Positions 39,647 through 49,787 of a stretch of DNA of 64,000 bases are shown piece after piece. Made by a program: the position numbers and the translations under genes. A model generated the notes under the pieces. It was not told where the DNA came from and did not search any database. It saw nothing but the letters and a program-made list of their open reading frames with translations. Position 1 is the first letter of the stretch, and each line of letters begins with the position of its first letter. The stretch spans positions 12,497 to 76,496 of the forward strand of contig CAMCHJ010000003.1 in NCBI GenBank assembly GCA_945874665.1. The letters run 5' to 3'. This DNA comes from Chitinophaga pinensis (GTDB taxonomy: Bacteria > Bacteroidota > Bacteroidia > UBA7662).

Positions 39647-40235
39647 ATTGCACTTTGGCATCTTTGAGCTGCATGTCCCAAATGGCGGCGTTTTGAGCAG
39701 CCAATAGAATATCTTCAGGCTTGGTTACCACGGTCCACATATTTTTGTGGTTCGCCGACATGAAATTTTCGGTTTCACAAAGTGCCAATTGCGCCAAAAG
39801 AGGGTCGTAAAAGCCATCTTGATTAAAGATAACGATGGGGTGTGGGAATAGGCCAAGGCGCTTCCAAGTAATGGCTTCGAGTAATTCTTCGAGCGTGCCA
39901 GAACCGCCAGGCAGCGCGATGAGTGCATCTGTGCCTTCTAAAAAGCGTTTTTTGCGTTCGTGCATGTCCGCTACAAAGTGAAACTGCTTCACTTGTTTGT
40001 GGGCCCATTCTACTTCTTTCATAAAATTGGGCATGATGCCGGTGATTTCTCCTCCGAGCTCAAGCATTTGGTCGGCGAGCCGGCCCATTAAGCCCGTTCC
40101 GCCGCCACCATACACTACTTTTACTTGATTCCGAACCAAGTTTTCGGCCAAAACATCTACTGCCAACAAGTATTTTTTAGGCGTGATTGCGGAAGAGGCA
40201 CAGTAAACGCAGACTTGTCGGATGGTTCTGCTCAT
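39645..40235 (-). CDS. LOG family nucleotide phosphoribohydrolase (TIGR00730-like)
   Basis: VYGGG..GLMG, MHERK, PGGSGTLEE. Confidence 0.92.
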   Translation of the reverse strand: MSRTIRQVCVYCASSAITPKKYLLAVDVLAENLVRNQVKVVYGGGGTGLMGRLADQMLELGGEITGIMPNFMKEVEWAHKQVKQFHFVADMHERKKRFLEGTDALIALPGGSGTLEELLEAITWKRLGLFPHPIVIFNQDGFYDPLLAQLALCETENFMSANHKNMWTVVTKPEDILLAAQNAAIWDMQLKDAKVQ

Positions 40236-40236
40236 T

Positions 40237-42663
40237 TTAGATGTATTTGGGGAAGCTGCTTGGGTCAGTTTCGCTCATGATGTCGTAAACCGCTTCTACA
40301 ACATCCTCCACACTTGGCTTGCTGAAGTAGTCGCCATCGGTGCCATAGGCTGGCCGGTGGGCTTTAGCGGTGAGTGTACGGCCTGGACTGTCGAGCCAGA
40401 AGTATGCGCCCTGCTCTTCCATCAAATGCTGGAAGATAAAGGCTGAGGCACCCCCAGGAACATCCTCATCGAGGATCAGAAAACGGTTGGTTTTTTTTAC
40501 CGATTTAATTAAGTCATGCTCGAGGTCAAATGGCAAAAGTGATTGTATATCAATTATTTCTGCACTTATTCCAGTTTCGGCTAATTGCTTCGCTGCGTCT
40601 AAGGCTATGCGGCAGCACGAGCCATACGTAATGATGGTAATATCGTCGCCCTCGCGTAAGGTTTCGGGCTTGCCGAGCGCAACGGTAAAGCTATCCAGGT
40701 TATCAGGCATCGTCTCTTTTAAACGGTAACCATTTAAACATTCAATAACCAAGGCGGGCTCATCGCTTTTGAGTAGCAGGTTATAGAAGCCTACAGCTTG
40801 AACCATGTTACGAGGTACTAATAAATGCATGCCTCGGATGCTGTTGATGATCATACCAATGGGTGACCCAGAGTGCCAAATACCTTCGAGTCTGTGCCCG
40901 CGTGTTCGAATGATCAACGGGGCCTTTTGACCGCCTTTGGTTCGGTATTGCAGGGTAGCAATATCGTCGCTCATAATTTGGATGGCATACAAAAGGTAAT
41001 CGAGGTACTGAATTTCGACTAAAGGACGTAAACCACGCATCGCTGCACCAAACCCCTGGCCTACAATGGTCATTTCACGTATACCCGTATCTGAGATGCG
41101 GATTTCACCGTACTTGTCTTGCATGCCTGAAAAGCCCTGGTTTACATCTCCGATTTTTCCTACATCCTCACCAATGGCAAAAAAACGAGGCTCACGTTGA
41201 AAAATGCTGTCGAACGCCTTGTTTAAAATTTCATAACCGTTTAAAGCGGTGCTGTTTTCTGTAAATACAGGAGGAATTATGGCTTGCTTCCCAGTAGCGC
41301 CAGCTGATTCGCTGTGCAAATAACTGCTATACAAGTCCTCGTGTTTTTTATTGAGGTTGTTTTTGAAATGGCGTAGCTGTTCGAGTGCTTCGCTGCTTTC
41401 GTGTCTACAAATCCGCAGCGTGCGGCGAATGGCTCCCATGATGTCTTTGCGAATAGGATCAAGCGCACTGGCCAATTCGTTTTTTACCACAGCCACAAAA
41501 CTGGCATTGGCAGAGGTGGCCACCACAGCCTCTAGCAATACTAGGGCCTCTTGAAACTCGACTTCAATATCATTCCTGAAGGCTGAATAGGCAGCTTTTT
41601 GGGCTGCTTTGACGTAGGTTGTAGCTTCTTTTTCGATGACTTCAAGCGCTGCTTCGGTGCTAATACCTTGCGACAACATCCAGTTGCGCATCTGAACCAA
41701 ACAATCGTGTTCTTGCTCCCAGGCCAGGCGCTCTGGCGATTTGTATCGCTCATGTGAGCCTGAAGTGGAGTGACCTTGCGGCTGCGTTACCTCTGTGATG
41801 TGGAAAATGGCAGGCATGTGCGTACTGCGCATCTCCTCAATAGCCGTAAGGTAGGTTTCGCATAAGGTAGGATAGTCCCAGCCCTTGGCCGTATAAATGC
41901 GAAAACCATTGCCATTTTCGTTCGTGGCAAAGCCGCTGAGGATTTCACTGAGGTTTTCTTTCGTTGTTTGATATTTGGCAGGCACCGAAATGCCGTATTG
42001 GTCGTCCCAAATGTTGACTGCTAGCGGCACCTGTAACACGCCTGCTGCATTGATGGTTTCCCAAAAATGCCCCTCTGAGGTGGAAGCATTGCCAATGGTT
42101 ACAAAGCTAACTTCGTTGCCATGCTTGCTGAAGTTGGTGAATTGATGTAATTCAGGATTGGAGCGATAGAGCTTAGAAGCAAAGGCAATACCCAATGCTC
42201 GGCCCATTTGGCCTGCCGTAGGTGAGATGTCAGAAGTGGAGTGCGGCTCAGCAGTCAGGTCTTTCCATTGACCTTGATCATCTAAAAAGCGGCTGGCAAA
42301 ATGCCCGTTCATGAGTCTACCTGCTGAGGCTGGTTCAGCCTCTAACGATACGTGGGCATACAATTGTGCAAAAAACTTGCGCACGTCACTCATGCCAGTG
42401 GCAAACATGAAGGTTTGATCGCGGTAGTAACCCGAACGGATGTCGCCATTTTTGAAGGCTTTGGCCATCGCTAATTGCGCTACTTCCTTGCCATCTCCAA
42501 AAATACCGAATTTGGCTTTGCCAGTGAGTACCTCTTTACGGCCTAACAAGCTCGCTTGGCGGCTTTCATAAGCAATCCGGTAATCTTGGAGCACTTCATT
42601 CTTGAAGTCTTCAAAGGTAACGGGACTGTTTTCGGGCTTGAGATTGGCTGTAGACTTCGACAT
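40237..42663 (-). CDS. 2-oxoacid (probably branched-chain) dehydrogenase E1, fused alpha/beta subunits
   Basis: GRKEVLTGKAKFGIFGDGKE, GHSTSGSHERYK, GEDVGKIGDVNQ, DTGIRE, transketolase C-terminal domain; start MSKSTAN. Confidence 0.9.
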   Translation of the reverse strand: MSKSTANLKPENSPVTFEDFKNEVLQDYRIAYESRQASLLGRKEVLTGKAKFGIFGDGKEVAQLAMAKAFKNGDIRSGYYRDQTFMFATGMSDVRKFFAQLYAHVSLEAEPASAGRLMNGHFASRFLDDQGQWKDLTAEPHSTSDISPTAGQMGRALGIAFASKLYRSNPELHQFTNFSKHGNEVSFVTIGNASTSEGHFWETINAAGVLQVPLAVNIWDDQYGISVPAKYQTTKENLSEILSGFATNENGNGFRIYTAKGWDYPTLCETYLTAIEEMRSTHMPAIFHITEVTQPQGHSTSGSHERYKSPERLAWEQEHDCLVQMRNWMLSQGISTEAALEVIEKEATTYVKAAQKAAYSAFRNDIEVEFQEALVLLEAVVATSANASFVAVVKNELASALDPIRKDIMGAIRRTLRICRHESSEALEQLRHFKNNLNKKHEDLYSSYLHSESAGATGKQAIIPPVFTENSTALNGYEILNKAFDSIFQREPRFFAIGEDVGKIGDVNQGFSGMQDKYGEIRISDTGIREMTIVGQGFGAAMRGLRPLVEIQYLDYLLYAIQIMSDDIATLQYRTKGGQKAPLIIRTRGHRLEGIWHSGSPIGMIINSIRGMHLLVPRNMVQAVGFYNLLLKSDEPALVIECLNGYRLKETMPDNLDSFTVALGKPETLREGDDITIITYGSCCRIALDAAKQLAETGISAEIIDIQSLLPFDLEHDLIKSVKKTNRFLILDEDVPGGASAFIFQHLMEEQGAYFWLDSPGRTLTAKAHRPAYGTDGDYFSKPSVEDVVEAVYDIMSETDPSSFPKYI

Positions 42664-42685
42664 GAGCGCGTAATTTAAAGAAACA

Positions 42686-42693
42686 CAAAGATA
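42686..42693 (-). promoter_or_regulatory. -7 promoter box for the E1 gene
   Basis: TATCTTTG 22 nt before ATG 42663. Confidence 0.55.
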
Positions 42694-42823
42694 AGGAAAA
42701 CGGGCTAAAGGTGGATTAAAGGCTTTCAATCGCTTTTTGAACCTTTTCATCAAATTTTAACTTTTTTGATTCTTAAACTTTTGTACTTTTGAGTTACTCT
42801 AAATGTATTTAATCAAAAAAAAT

Positions 42824-43282
42824 ATGAAAAAGCTATTTGCAATCCTCTCTTTCGTTGCCATTTCTGGCACTGTATTGGCACAATCAGCTACCCCTGCTGC
42901 TGATAATCAAAAGAAAGGCGAATTTAAGTTCGAGAAAGAAATTCATGATTTTGGAAGCATCTCGGAAGGCGAGATGGCCACCTATGAGTTTACCTTCACC
43001 AATACAGGCAAAGAACCACTCATTATTTCTAATGTTGCTGCTTCATGCGGTTGTACAACACCTAGTTGGACGCGTGAGCCAGTGAAGCCAGGCGAAAAAG
43101 GTTCGATTAAGGCAGTTTATAATTCTGCTAACCGTCCAGGTCCATTTACAAAGCAAGTAACCATCACCAGCAATGGTAAAACACCAACCAAGGTACTTAC
43201 GATTAAAGGTGTAGTCGATCGCCAGCCAAGTGGTGTTCCTGAAATCAAAAACAGCGGCGTAAGTCCGGTTACAAAACCATAA
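42824..43282 (+). CDS. DUF1573 domain-containing exported protein
   Basis: Signal peptide MKKLFAIL, HDFG, FTNTGKEPLII..V.ASCGCT, PGEKG; TACTTTTG box at 42784-42791. Confidence 0.88.
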   Translation: MKKLFAILSFVAISGTVLAQSATPAADNQKKGEFKFEKEIHDFGSISEGEMATYEFTFTNTGKEPLIISNVAASCGCTTPSWTREPVKPGEKGSIKAVYNSANRPGPFTKQVTITSNGKTPTKVLTIKGVVDRQPSGVPEIKNSGVSPVTKP

Positions 43283-43341
43283 TTCGCTTCAAATGTTAAG
43301 TAACCCGTGTATCTTTGCACGGGTTTTTTTGTTTCATAGCT

Positions 43342-44541
43342 ATGCCAGTAATTTCTAAAAGAGGAGAAGCGATGCCTTCTTCACCAATTCGTAAGCTTGT
43401 TCCATTTGCAGAGGAGGCTGCCTCCAGAGGTGTAACGATTTATCATTTGAACATCGGTCAGCCAGACATTGAAACGGCTCCGGAGTTCATTGAAGCGATG
43501 CATAATTTTGAAGGAAAAGTCCTTGAATATTCGCATTCCGCTGGTTTTGAGTCGTACCGCAGACGTTATGCTGAGCGTTTTCAAGAGCGCGGATTAAATA
43601 TTGGTCACAACGAAATCATCATTACCACTGGTGGCTCAGAGGCCATTGTGTTTGGCATGATGAGCTGTTTGAACCCTGGTGATGAAGTCATCATTCCTGA
43701 ACCATTTTACGCCAACTACAATGGTTTTGCACAGATGGCTGGGGTGAAGGTGGTGCCTGTAACCACGTACATCGATGATAGTTTTGCCTTGCCTGCTGCT
43801 AGTGAGTTTGAAAAACTGATTAACAAAAACACCAAGGCCATCGTTATTTGCAATCCTAACAATCCAACCGGTACGCTGTATACTGACGAAGAGCTAAATC
43901 AACTCCGAGAATTGGTGATTAAGCATGATTTGTATTTGTTTGCAGATGAAGTGTATCGGGTTTTTGTTTACGGAGATAAGGAACATACCTCCATTCTAAG
44001 CTTACCAGGTTTAGAACAGCATGCCATCGTGGTAGAAAGTGTTTCTAAGATTTACAGTGCTTGTGGTGCACGCATTGGCGCCTTGGTTACTAAAAATAAA
44101 GCGGTCATTGCTACGGCTATGAAATTTGCACAGGCGCGATTGAGTCCGCCTACCTTAGAGCAAATCGGTGCCATGGCAGCACTTGAAACGCCACAAGCGT
44201 ATTTTGATGCTGTTCGAGACGAGTATATTAGTCGCCGCGACTTGGTTGTAAACGCCCTCCGGAATATGCCAGGCGTAGTTTGCCCTAATCCCGGTGGTGC
44301 TTTTTATTGCGTGGTACGTTTACCGATTGACGATAGTGATTCCTTCTGTCAGTGGATGTTGGAATCGTTTGAGTACAACAAACAAACAGTAATGATGGCA
44401 CCGGCGACTGGTTTTTATGCCAGTTCAGGCCTTGGTAAAAATGAAGTACGGATTGCTTATGTGCTTAAAAAGGAATACCTCGAGCAGGCCATGGTTTGTT
44501 TGGCGAAAGGCTTGGAAGCCTATGCCAAGAGACTTGGTTAA
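43342..44541 (+). CDS. class I/II PLP-dependent aminotransferase (aspartate aminotransferase-like)
   Basis: LNIGQPD, TTGGSEA, NPNNPTG, ADEVY, SVSK.YSACGARIG; TATCTTTG box at 43310-43317. Confidence 0.92.
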   Translation: MPVISKRGEAMPSSPIRKLVPFAEEAASRGVTIYHLNIGQPDIETAPEFIEAMHNFEGKVLEYSHSAGFESYRRRYAERFQERGLNIGHNEIIITTGGSEAIVFGMMSCLNPGDEVIIPEPFYANYNGFAQMAGVKVVPVTTYIDDSFALPAASEFEKLINKNTKAIVICNPNNPTGTLYTDEELNQLRELVIKHDLYLFADEVYRVFVYGDKEHTSILSLPGLEQHAIVVESVSKIYSACGARIGALVTKNKAVIATAMKFAQARLSPPTLEQIGAMAALETPQAYFDAVRDEYISRRDLVVNALRNMPGVVCPNPGGAFYCVVRLPIDDSDSFCQWMLESFEYNKQTVMMAPATGFYASSGLGKNEVRIAYVLKKEYLEQAMVCLAKGLEAYAKRLG

Positions 44542-44562
44542 TCACCTTAAAAATTCGATTAT

Positions 44563-44602
44563 ACAAAACCCCTCGATAAGTAATCGAGGGGTTTTGTTTT
44601 TT
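44563..44602 (+). terminator. intrinsic terminator after the aminotransferase gene
   Basis: ACAAAACCCCTCGAT-AAGTA-ATCGAGGGGTTTTGTTTTTT. Confidence 0.9.
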
Positions 44603-44779
44603 ACCTGCTTAAAGATTTGAATTTTGATGAGCTTCGAATATTTTTCAAAAAGCAATCGAGAAATCACGAAGATGTTTAAATTGGAGCTTCCCTTTACAAA
44701 TTGCTTGTTCATGGTAGCACTGTTTTTCAAACGGCTTGCTACTTAAAAACCAATTTTATTGACATAACCGAAATTCAAA

Positions 44780-46675
44780 ATGATACAGCCCATCAGCTCA
44801 TTCGACGAGTATAAACAAGTTTATGCCGCTAGTATTCAAGATCCCGCCAAATTTTGGGGTGAGGTAGCTGATCATTTTGACTGGAAAAGTCGCTGGCAAA
44901 ATGTGTACAGTGGTGATTTCTCGAAAGCTGAAGTAAAGTGGTTTGATGGTGCCACATTGAACATAACTGAAAACTGTTTAGATCGGCATTTAGCGGAGCG
45001 TGGTAACAAGTTGGCCATGATTTGGGAGCCTAACGATCCAAAAGAGCGCTATGTGCGTTACACTTTTAGAGAGTTACACGAACAGGTTTCAAAGTTTGGC
45101 AATGTTTTACGAGCACAAGGGGTAGTGAAAGGCGATCGGGTGTGTATTTACATGCCCATGGTTCCGGAATTGATGGTGGCTGTACTGGCTTGTGCCCGCA
45201 TCGGGGCTGTTCATTCGGTTGTTTTTGCAGGATTTGCAGCACACAGTTTATCCGATCGCATCAATGATTCGGCTTGCAAGGTGGTCATAACCGCCGATGC
45301 ACTGAACCGTGGGGCCAAGCAAATTCCTTGTAAAGCGGTTATTGATGAAGCTTTGTTAAGCTGCACCTCAGTTGAAAAAGTGATTGTTTATGAGCGTGCA
45401 CGATGGCCGGTACAAATGGTTGCAGGTCGCGATATTTGGTGGCATGAAGCCATGGCCACGGCCAGTATACATTGCGAGCCAGAGGTCATGCAAGCCGAAG
45501 ACATGCTCTTTATTTTGTATACTTCGGGATCAACAGGGAAGCCAAAAGGCGTAGTTCATAGCTGCGGCGGCTATATGGTATATACCGCCTACAGCTTTGC
45601 AAACGTTTTTCAACCTAGGGAAAGCGATGTTTACTGGTGCACAGCAGATATTGGCTGGATTACAGGTCACAGTTATTTGATTTATGGTCCCTTGCTCAAC
45701 GGCACCACCACTTTGATTTTTGAAGGTGTGCCGACCTATCCAGATCCAGGCCGTTTTTGGCAGGTTTGCGATAAACATGCAGTCAATATTTTTTACACAG
45801 CACCTACCGCTATTCGTTCGTTGATGGCAGCAGGTGAAGATCATGTGCTTGCTTACAGCTTGGATAAACTGCGGGTATTGGGATCTGTTGGAGAGCCCAT
45901 TAATGAAGAAGCTTGGCATTGGTACAACATCCACGTGGGCAAAGAACGTTGTCCTTTAACCGATACCTGGTGGCAAACCGAAACAGGGGGCATCATGATT
46001 GGTGCATTGGCCGGGGTTTCGCCTTTGAAGCCGAGTTTTGCAGGATACCCGCTGCCAGGTATTCAGCCAGTTTTGCTCAATCAAGCTGGTGAGGAAATCC
46101 ATGAAAATGAGCAGGAGGGGTATTTGGCCATTAAGTTTCCTTGGCCTTCGATGATTAGGACCACCTATGGCGACCACGAAAGGTGCCGATTGACTTATTT
46201 TGATACTTACAAAGGCTACTATTTTACGGGAGATGGCGCGAAGCGTGCTACCAATGGCATGTATAAAATTATTGGCAGGGTTGACGATGTGATCAATGTT
46301 TCGGGACATCGTTTTGGCACCGCCGAAATCGAAAATGCCATCAACCAAAATACTCATATTGCGGAATCAGCCGTGGTAGGTTATCCACATGAGATAAAGG
46401 GACAGGGTATTTATGCCTTTGTGGTGCGTAAGGACAAGGTTTTTGATTCAATCAATTTGCGAGGCGAAATCAACGAAACGGTTACGGCACAAATTGGCAA
46501 AATTGCTAAGCCAGATAAGATTCAAATTGTAAGCGCATTGCCGAAAACCCGATCGGGCAAAATTATGCGCCGCATTCTCCGAAAAGTAGCAGAGGGCGAT
46601 GTAGGCAATCTGGGGGATACCAGCACCTTACTCGATCCTTTAGTGGTTGAGGAAATTGTGGCAGGTAAGCTGTAA
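44780..46675 (+). CDS. acs: acetyl-CoA synthetase
   Basis: YTSGSTGKPKG, DTWWQTETGG, GRVDDVINVSGHR, PKTRSGKIMRR. Confidence 0.96.
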   Translation: MIQPISSFDEYKQVYAASIQDPAKFWGEVADHFDWKSRWQNVYSGDFSKAEVKWFDGATLNITENCLDRHLAERGNKLAMIWEPNDPKERYVRYTFRELHEQVSKFGNVLRAQGVVKGDRVCIYMPMVPELMVAVLACARIGAVHSVVFAGFAAHSLSDRINDSACKVVITADALNRGAKQIPCKAVIDEALLSCTSVEKVIVYERARWPVQMVAGRDIWWHEAMATASIHCEPEVMQAEDMLFILYTSGSTGKPKGVVHSCGGYMVYTAYSFANVFQPRESDVYWCTADIGWITGHSYLIYGPLLNGTTTLIFEGVPTYPDPGRFWQVCDKHAVNIFYTAPTAIRSLMAAGEDHVLAYSLDKLRVLGSVGEPINEEAWHWYNIHVGKERCPLTDTWWQTETGGIMIGALAGVSPLKPSFAGYPLPGIQPVLLNQAGEEIHENEQEGYLAIKFPWPSMIRTTYGDHERCRLTYFDTYKGYYFTGDGAKRATNGMYKIIGRVDDVINVSGHRFGTAEIENAINQNTHIAESAVVGYPHEIKGQGIYAFVVRKDKVFDSINLRGEINETVTAQIGKIAKPDKIQIVSALPKTRSGKIMRRILRKVAEGDVGNLGDTSTLLDPLVVEEIVAGKL

Positions 46676-46697
46676 GGATTGATGCGCAGTGCAGGTA

Positions 46698-47678
46698 TTA
46701 ACCTAACATGCGCATACCATAGAGGAGGATTACCAACGCGATTATTTGCGTAGCGAAAATTAAACTCCCGCTCAAGGCCGCTTGAGGACCCATTTTAACC
46801 ATTTGTTTTAAATTGATACTTAGACCAATTCCGCTCATAGCCAGCAGCAACAAGTAATTGCCAGTTTTTTCAAGTCCCTTCGTGTAAACTACAGGAAACA
46901 GGCCGCTTGAGGTAATGATGGCGGCAATCATAAATCCCCATACATAATTGGGGATGATGCTCAGTTTTAGCTTTGCATCGGCCGAATTTTTACTCATGCG
47001 ATAGCTAATGAATAAAATAACTGGACCGAGCAGCAGAATCCTGCCCATTTTGATGAGCAAGGCCAGGGCGCCTGTTTCGGGCGAAATGCTGTAGCCAGCA
47101 GCTACTACGTGGCCAACAGACTGGAGAATAGCTCCTGTAAAAAGGGCACTTTCGCTGGTAGAAAGCTCCAAAGCCTTAGCCATGGCAGGAAAAAGAAAGA
47201 TGCCAATGGTGCCTAGCAGGTTCACCACAGTAACTGCCAAGCCAATTTCGGTGACGGTAGCTTTTAAAGCAGGTGCCGTGGCAGCTATGGCGCTATTGCC
47301 GCAAATGCCACTGCCGGCGCCTAAAAGCCAGCGCATCGAAAGGGTCATTTTTCCGCAGTACCACTGAGAGCTCAGCAAGGTAAGCGCTACCATAAACACA
47401 ATGATCAAGAGGTAAATTGGAGAAAGTTGCTGTAGCAGCATTACGTTAAGGCCAAAGCCTAATAAAATGGTAGCAGCAGCCAACAAGTGCTTTTCAGCAT
47501 ATTTAAAAACTTGGATGCTTTTTTCTGACCAAGAAACAAGGTTGCCAAGGAGCAGCGACAGTACTAAAGCGATGGTAATGGCGCCTGGACCAGGAATGTA
47601 AGGGGCTAGGAAAGTTGCCAATACGGCAATGCCAAGGAGTATAAGCCAACCAATGCCGTTTTTGGGGATTTGAAACAT
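46698..47678 (-). CDS. YeiH/putative sulfate exporter family membrane protein
   Basis: GSGICGNSAIAA, HVVAAG, IKMGRILLLGP, about 10 TM segments. Confidence 0.88.
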   Translation of the reverse strand: MFQIPKNGIGWLILLGIAVLATFLAPYIPGPGAITIALVLSLLLGNLVSWSEKSIQVFKYAEKHLLAAATILLGFGLNVMLLQQLSPIYLLIIVFMVALTLLSSQWYCGKMTLSMRWLLGAGSGICGNSAIAATAPALKATVTEIGLAVTVVNLLGTIGIFLFPAMAKALELSTSESALFTGAILQSVGHVVAAGYSISPETGALALLIKMGRILLLGPVILFISYRMSKNSADAKLKLSIIPNYVWGFMIAAIITSSGLFPVVYTKGLEKTGNYLLLLAMSGIGLSINLKQMVKMGPQAALSGSLIFATQIIALVILLYGMRMLG

Positions 47679-47850
47679 GTTTGTAAATATGTAGAATTAG
47701 TTCAATGTAATAGGTTACTTAGGTCACATGCGTTTGGGAAATGCTGAGAAAATTAATTGTCATTATTTTTGGATTATAAATCCGAATAGCATATCATTGG
47801 AGTTCCTAATCTGTTGAATGAACTTCACGGTTCAGTGGCGAAGAGCCAGT

Positions 47851-47881
47851 AAAAGTGCGTTGGTATACTGACGCACTTTTT
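47851..47881. terminator. bidirectional intrinsic terminator at the end of the saccharopine dehydrogenase gene
   Basis: AAAAGTGCGT-N10-ACGCACTTTTT. Confidence 0.85.
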
Positions 47882-49223
47882 ATTTAAACTGCACGCCGTA
47901 AGCTTTCAATTCTTCCATAATGGGCTCGTACAAAGCCTTTTCGGTAGGAATCAAAACACCTTTCAATTTTAATTTCCCTTCCAAAAATAGGCGCACTGAA
48001 ATGGCGAGCGGCAAGCCAACAGTTTTAGCCATGGCGGTGTAGGTTTCGTTTTCGCCTTCGAGTAACAAAGTGGATGACTCAGTTTTACTTACACCAGCTA
48101 TCTCATAAACTAAACGGTGGTGCATCACAATGAGATCGCGATCACCGGGAGCGAGTTGCCATTTGCGCTCGAGCATTTCGAGGAGCAAATCGGCAGGACT
48201 ACCGCTTTTGCGTTGAAAGCAACGGTCGCTGAAAAAGTCGAGGTAATCAAATTGCACCATGGTGGTTGCTATCTGGGCTTCATCCAAATTCATGCGCTCT
48301 CGAAGCAGGTTCTCGAAACCTATTCGTACAGTTGCGCTGTTGTCTGGCGGTAAAAACATGTTTAGAAAATCGCGATAGCTCAATTTCTCGCAGTCATTTA
48401 GCTGTAATTGGTCGTTCGTTAATCCCAAAAAAACCAAAATTGCCCAGCCTTGACAAAAGTCGGGGTACCGAAAAGTCGCTCTTAAAATGGTATGAGCCGA
48501 TTCCAATGCATAAAAGTCTTTATAGGGGAGCGAATCGCGATTTGCATAGGCGTCCAGAGGGCCAAAACCAGGCACATCAACGCTTTCAAACTCTCTAAAA
48601 ATACGGTTATACGGCTTAAAACGGATGTAATTATTGGCCAGGAAGCGTGCGGGACCAGGTTGAGCGGCCATCACCACGTTGCGTGGGTTCCATGAGAACT
48701 TATAATGCCACGGATTGGTATCACAATCGCGTGGCACCAAACCGCCAGTGTAGGAGTAAAGAGCTTTGATGGTGCCGCCTTTTGCCCTAATGCCGTCGAT
48801 CAGTTCCATGGTGCTCATGTGATCGATACCTGGGTCGCAGCCTATTTCATTCAAAAACAACAGTCCTTTTGCGGCAACCGCTTCGTGCATGTCCTTCATG
48901 GCGTCAGAGATGTAAGAAGCTGTGAACATCGATTTACCGAGCGCTAAACAAAGCTCAGCTACATGTATGTGCATGTCGGCGGGCATCAGCGAAACAACTA
49001 CGTCTGAAGCAGCAATTTCATGGTGTAAGCTACTGGTGTCTTTTAAGTCGAGCTGAATGGCGCGTGCGGCCTTACTGTTTCCAGCTTTTTGCTGGGCGGA
49101 AGCTGCGTGTAAGTCGGCAATTGTAACCTGCCAGCCGTTTTTCTCGGCATGTTTGAGCAAGTATTCAATGAGGTAAATGGAGGAGCGACCAGCGCCTAGT
49201 ACAAGAATTTTTTTCAAAACCAC
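47880..49223 (-). CDS. saccharopine dehydrogenase/reductase family oxidoreductase
   Basis: ILVLGAGRS, EIGCDPGIDHM, YKFSWNPR, ANRDS, AMAKTVGLP; start GTG 49223 or TTG 49217. Confidence 0.9.
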   Translation of the reverse strand: MVLKKILVLGAGRSSIYLIEYLLKHAEKNGWQVTIADLHAASAQQKAGNSKAARAIQLDLKDTSSLHHEIAASDVVVSLMPADMHIHVAELCLALGKSMFTASYISDAMKDMHEAVAAKGLLFLNEIGCDPGIDHMSTMELIDGIRAKGGTIKALYSYTGGLVPRDCDTNPWHYKFSWNPRNVVMAAQPGPARFLANNYIRFKPYNRIFREFESVDVPGFGPLDAYANRDSLPYKDFYALESAHTILRATFRYPDFCQGWAILVFLGLTNDQLQLNDCEKLSYRDFLNMFLPPDNSATVRIGFENLLRERMNLDEAQIATTMVQFDYLDFFSDRCFQRKSGSPADLLLEMLERKWQLAPGDRDLIVMHHRLVYEIAGVSKTESSTLLLEGENETYTAMAKTVGLPLAISVRLFLEGKLKLKGVLIPTEKALYEPIMEELKAYGVQFK

Positions 49224-49304
49224 CGCGTTTAAAGGTTGTTTGTTATATTTTGGACAATATTAGTGAGTATTCGTGTCAATGAGAAGCACGGAAAAGCGGA
49301 AAAC

Positions 49305-49787
49305 ATGAAAGAAATTAGCAAGAATTGTCAGTTAAAGGTGCATGAAAATGCTGAACTCCTTGAGCCACAGGTAAAATTACTTTTAGATGGCGCCTTAGAA
49401 GCCACCAAGCGTGCGTATGCACCCTACTCAGATTTTCATGTAGGCGCCGCCATACAACTTGCGAACGGTGAGTTGATGTTAGGTTGCAACCAAGAAAATG
49501 CAGCGTTTCCCAGTGGACTTTGTGCCGAGCGAGTTGCTTTTTTTGCCGCAGGCGTACAGTTCCCGGGCGTTGCCATTGAGTCTGTGGCGATAACGATTCG
49601 TTCCGATTCAAAAGCTGATGAACATCCTGCGGCGCCATGCGGAGGTTGTTTGCAAGTAATGCGCGACGTAGAACAGCGGCAAGGAAGTGCTATCAGGATT
49701 TATTTAAAAGGAGCAGGCGAGCCCGTTTTTGAAGCAGCTAGTGTGGCTACCTTCTTGCCTTTTGGCTTTGCGTTGGTGGCGAAATAA
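49305..49787 (+). CDS. cdd: cytidine deaminase
   Basis: AYAPYSDFHVGAA, NQENAAFPSGLCAER, PCGGC. Confidence 0.93.
   Translation: MKEISKNCQLKVHENAELLEPQVKLLLDGALEATKRAYAPYSDFHVGAAIQLANGELMLGCNQENAAFPSGLCAERVAFFAAGVQFPGVAIESVAITIRSDSKADEHPAAPCGGCLQVMRDVEQRQGSAIRIYLKGAGEPVFEAASVATFLPFGFALVAK

Noticed and set aside
44542-44779. 62-aa and 67-aa track ORFs or an ncRNA in the aminotransferase-acs gap
   Set aside because: They cross the terminator, lack plausible composition, and I saw no further structure beyond AT-rich promoter DNA
47728-47817. 29-codon plus-strand ORF (MRLGNAEKINCHYFWIINPNSISLEFLIC)
   Set aside because: No recognisable features; it starts upstream of the only promoter-like box; probably chance
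47679-47850. Riboswitch leader for the YeiH-family gene
   Set aside because: No conserved motif of a riboswitch class I know is visible on the minus strand; an Rfam scan would settle it
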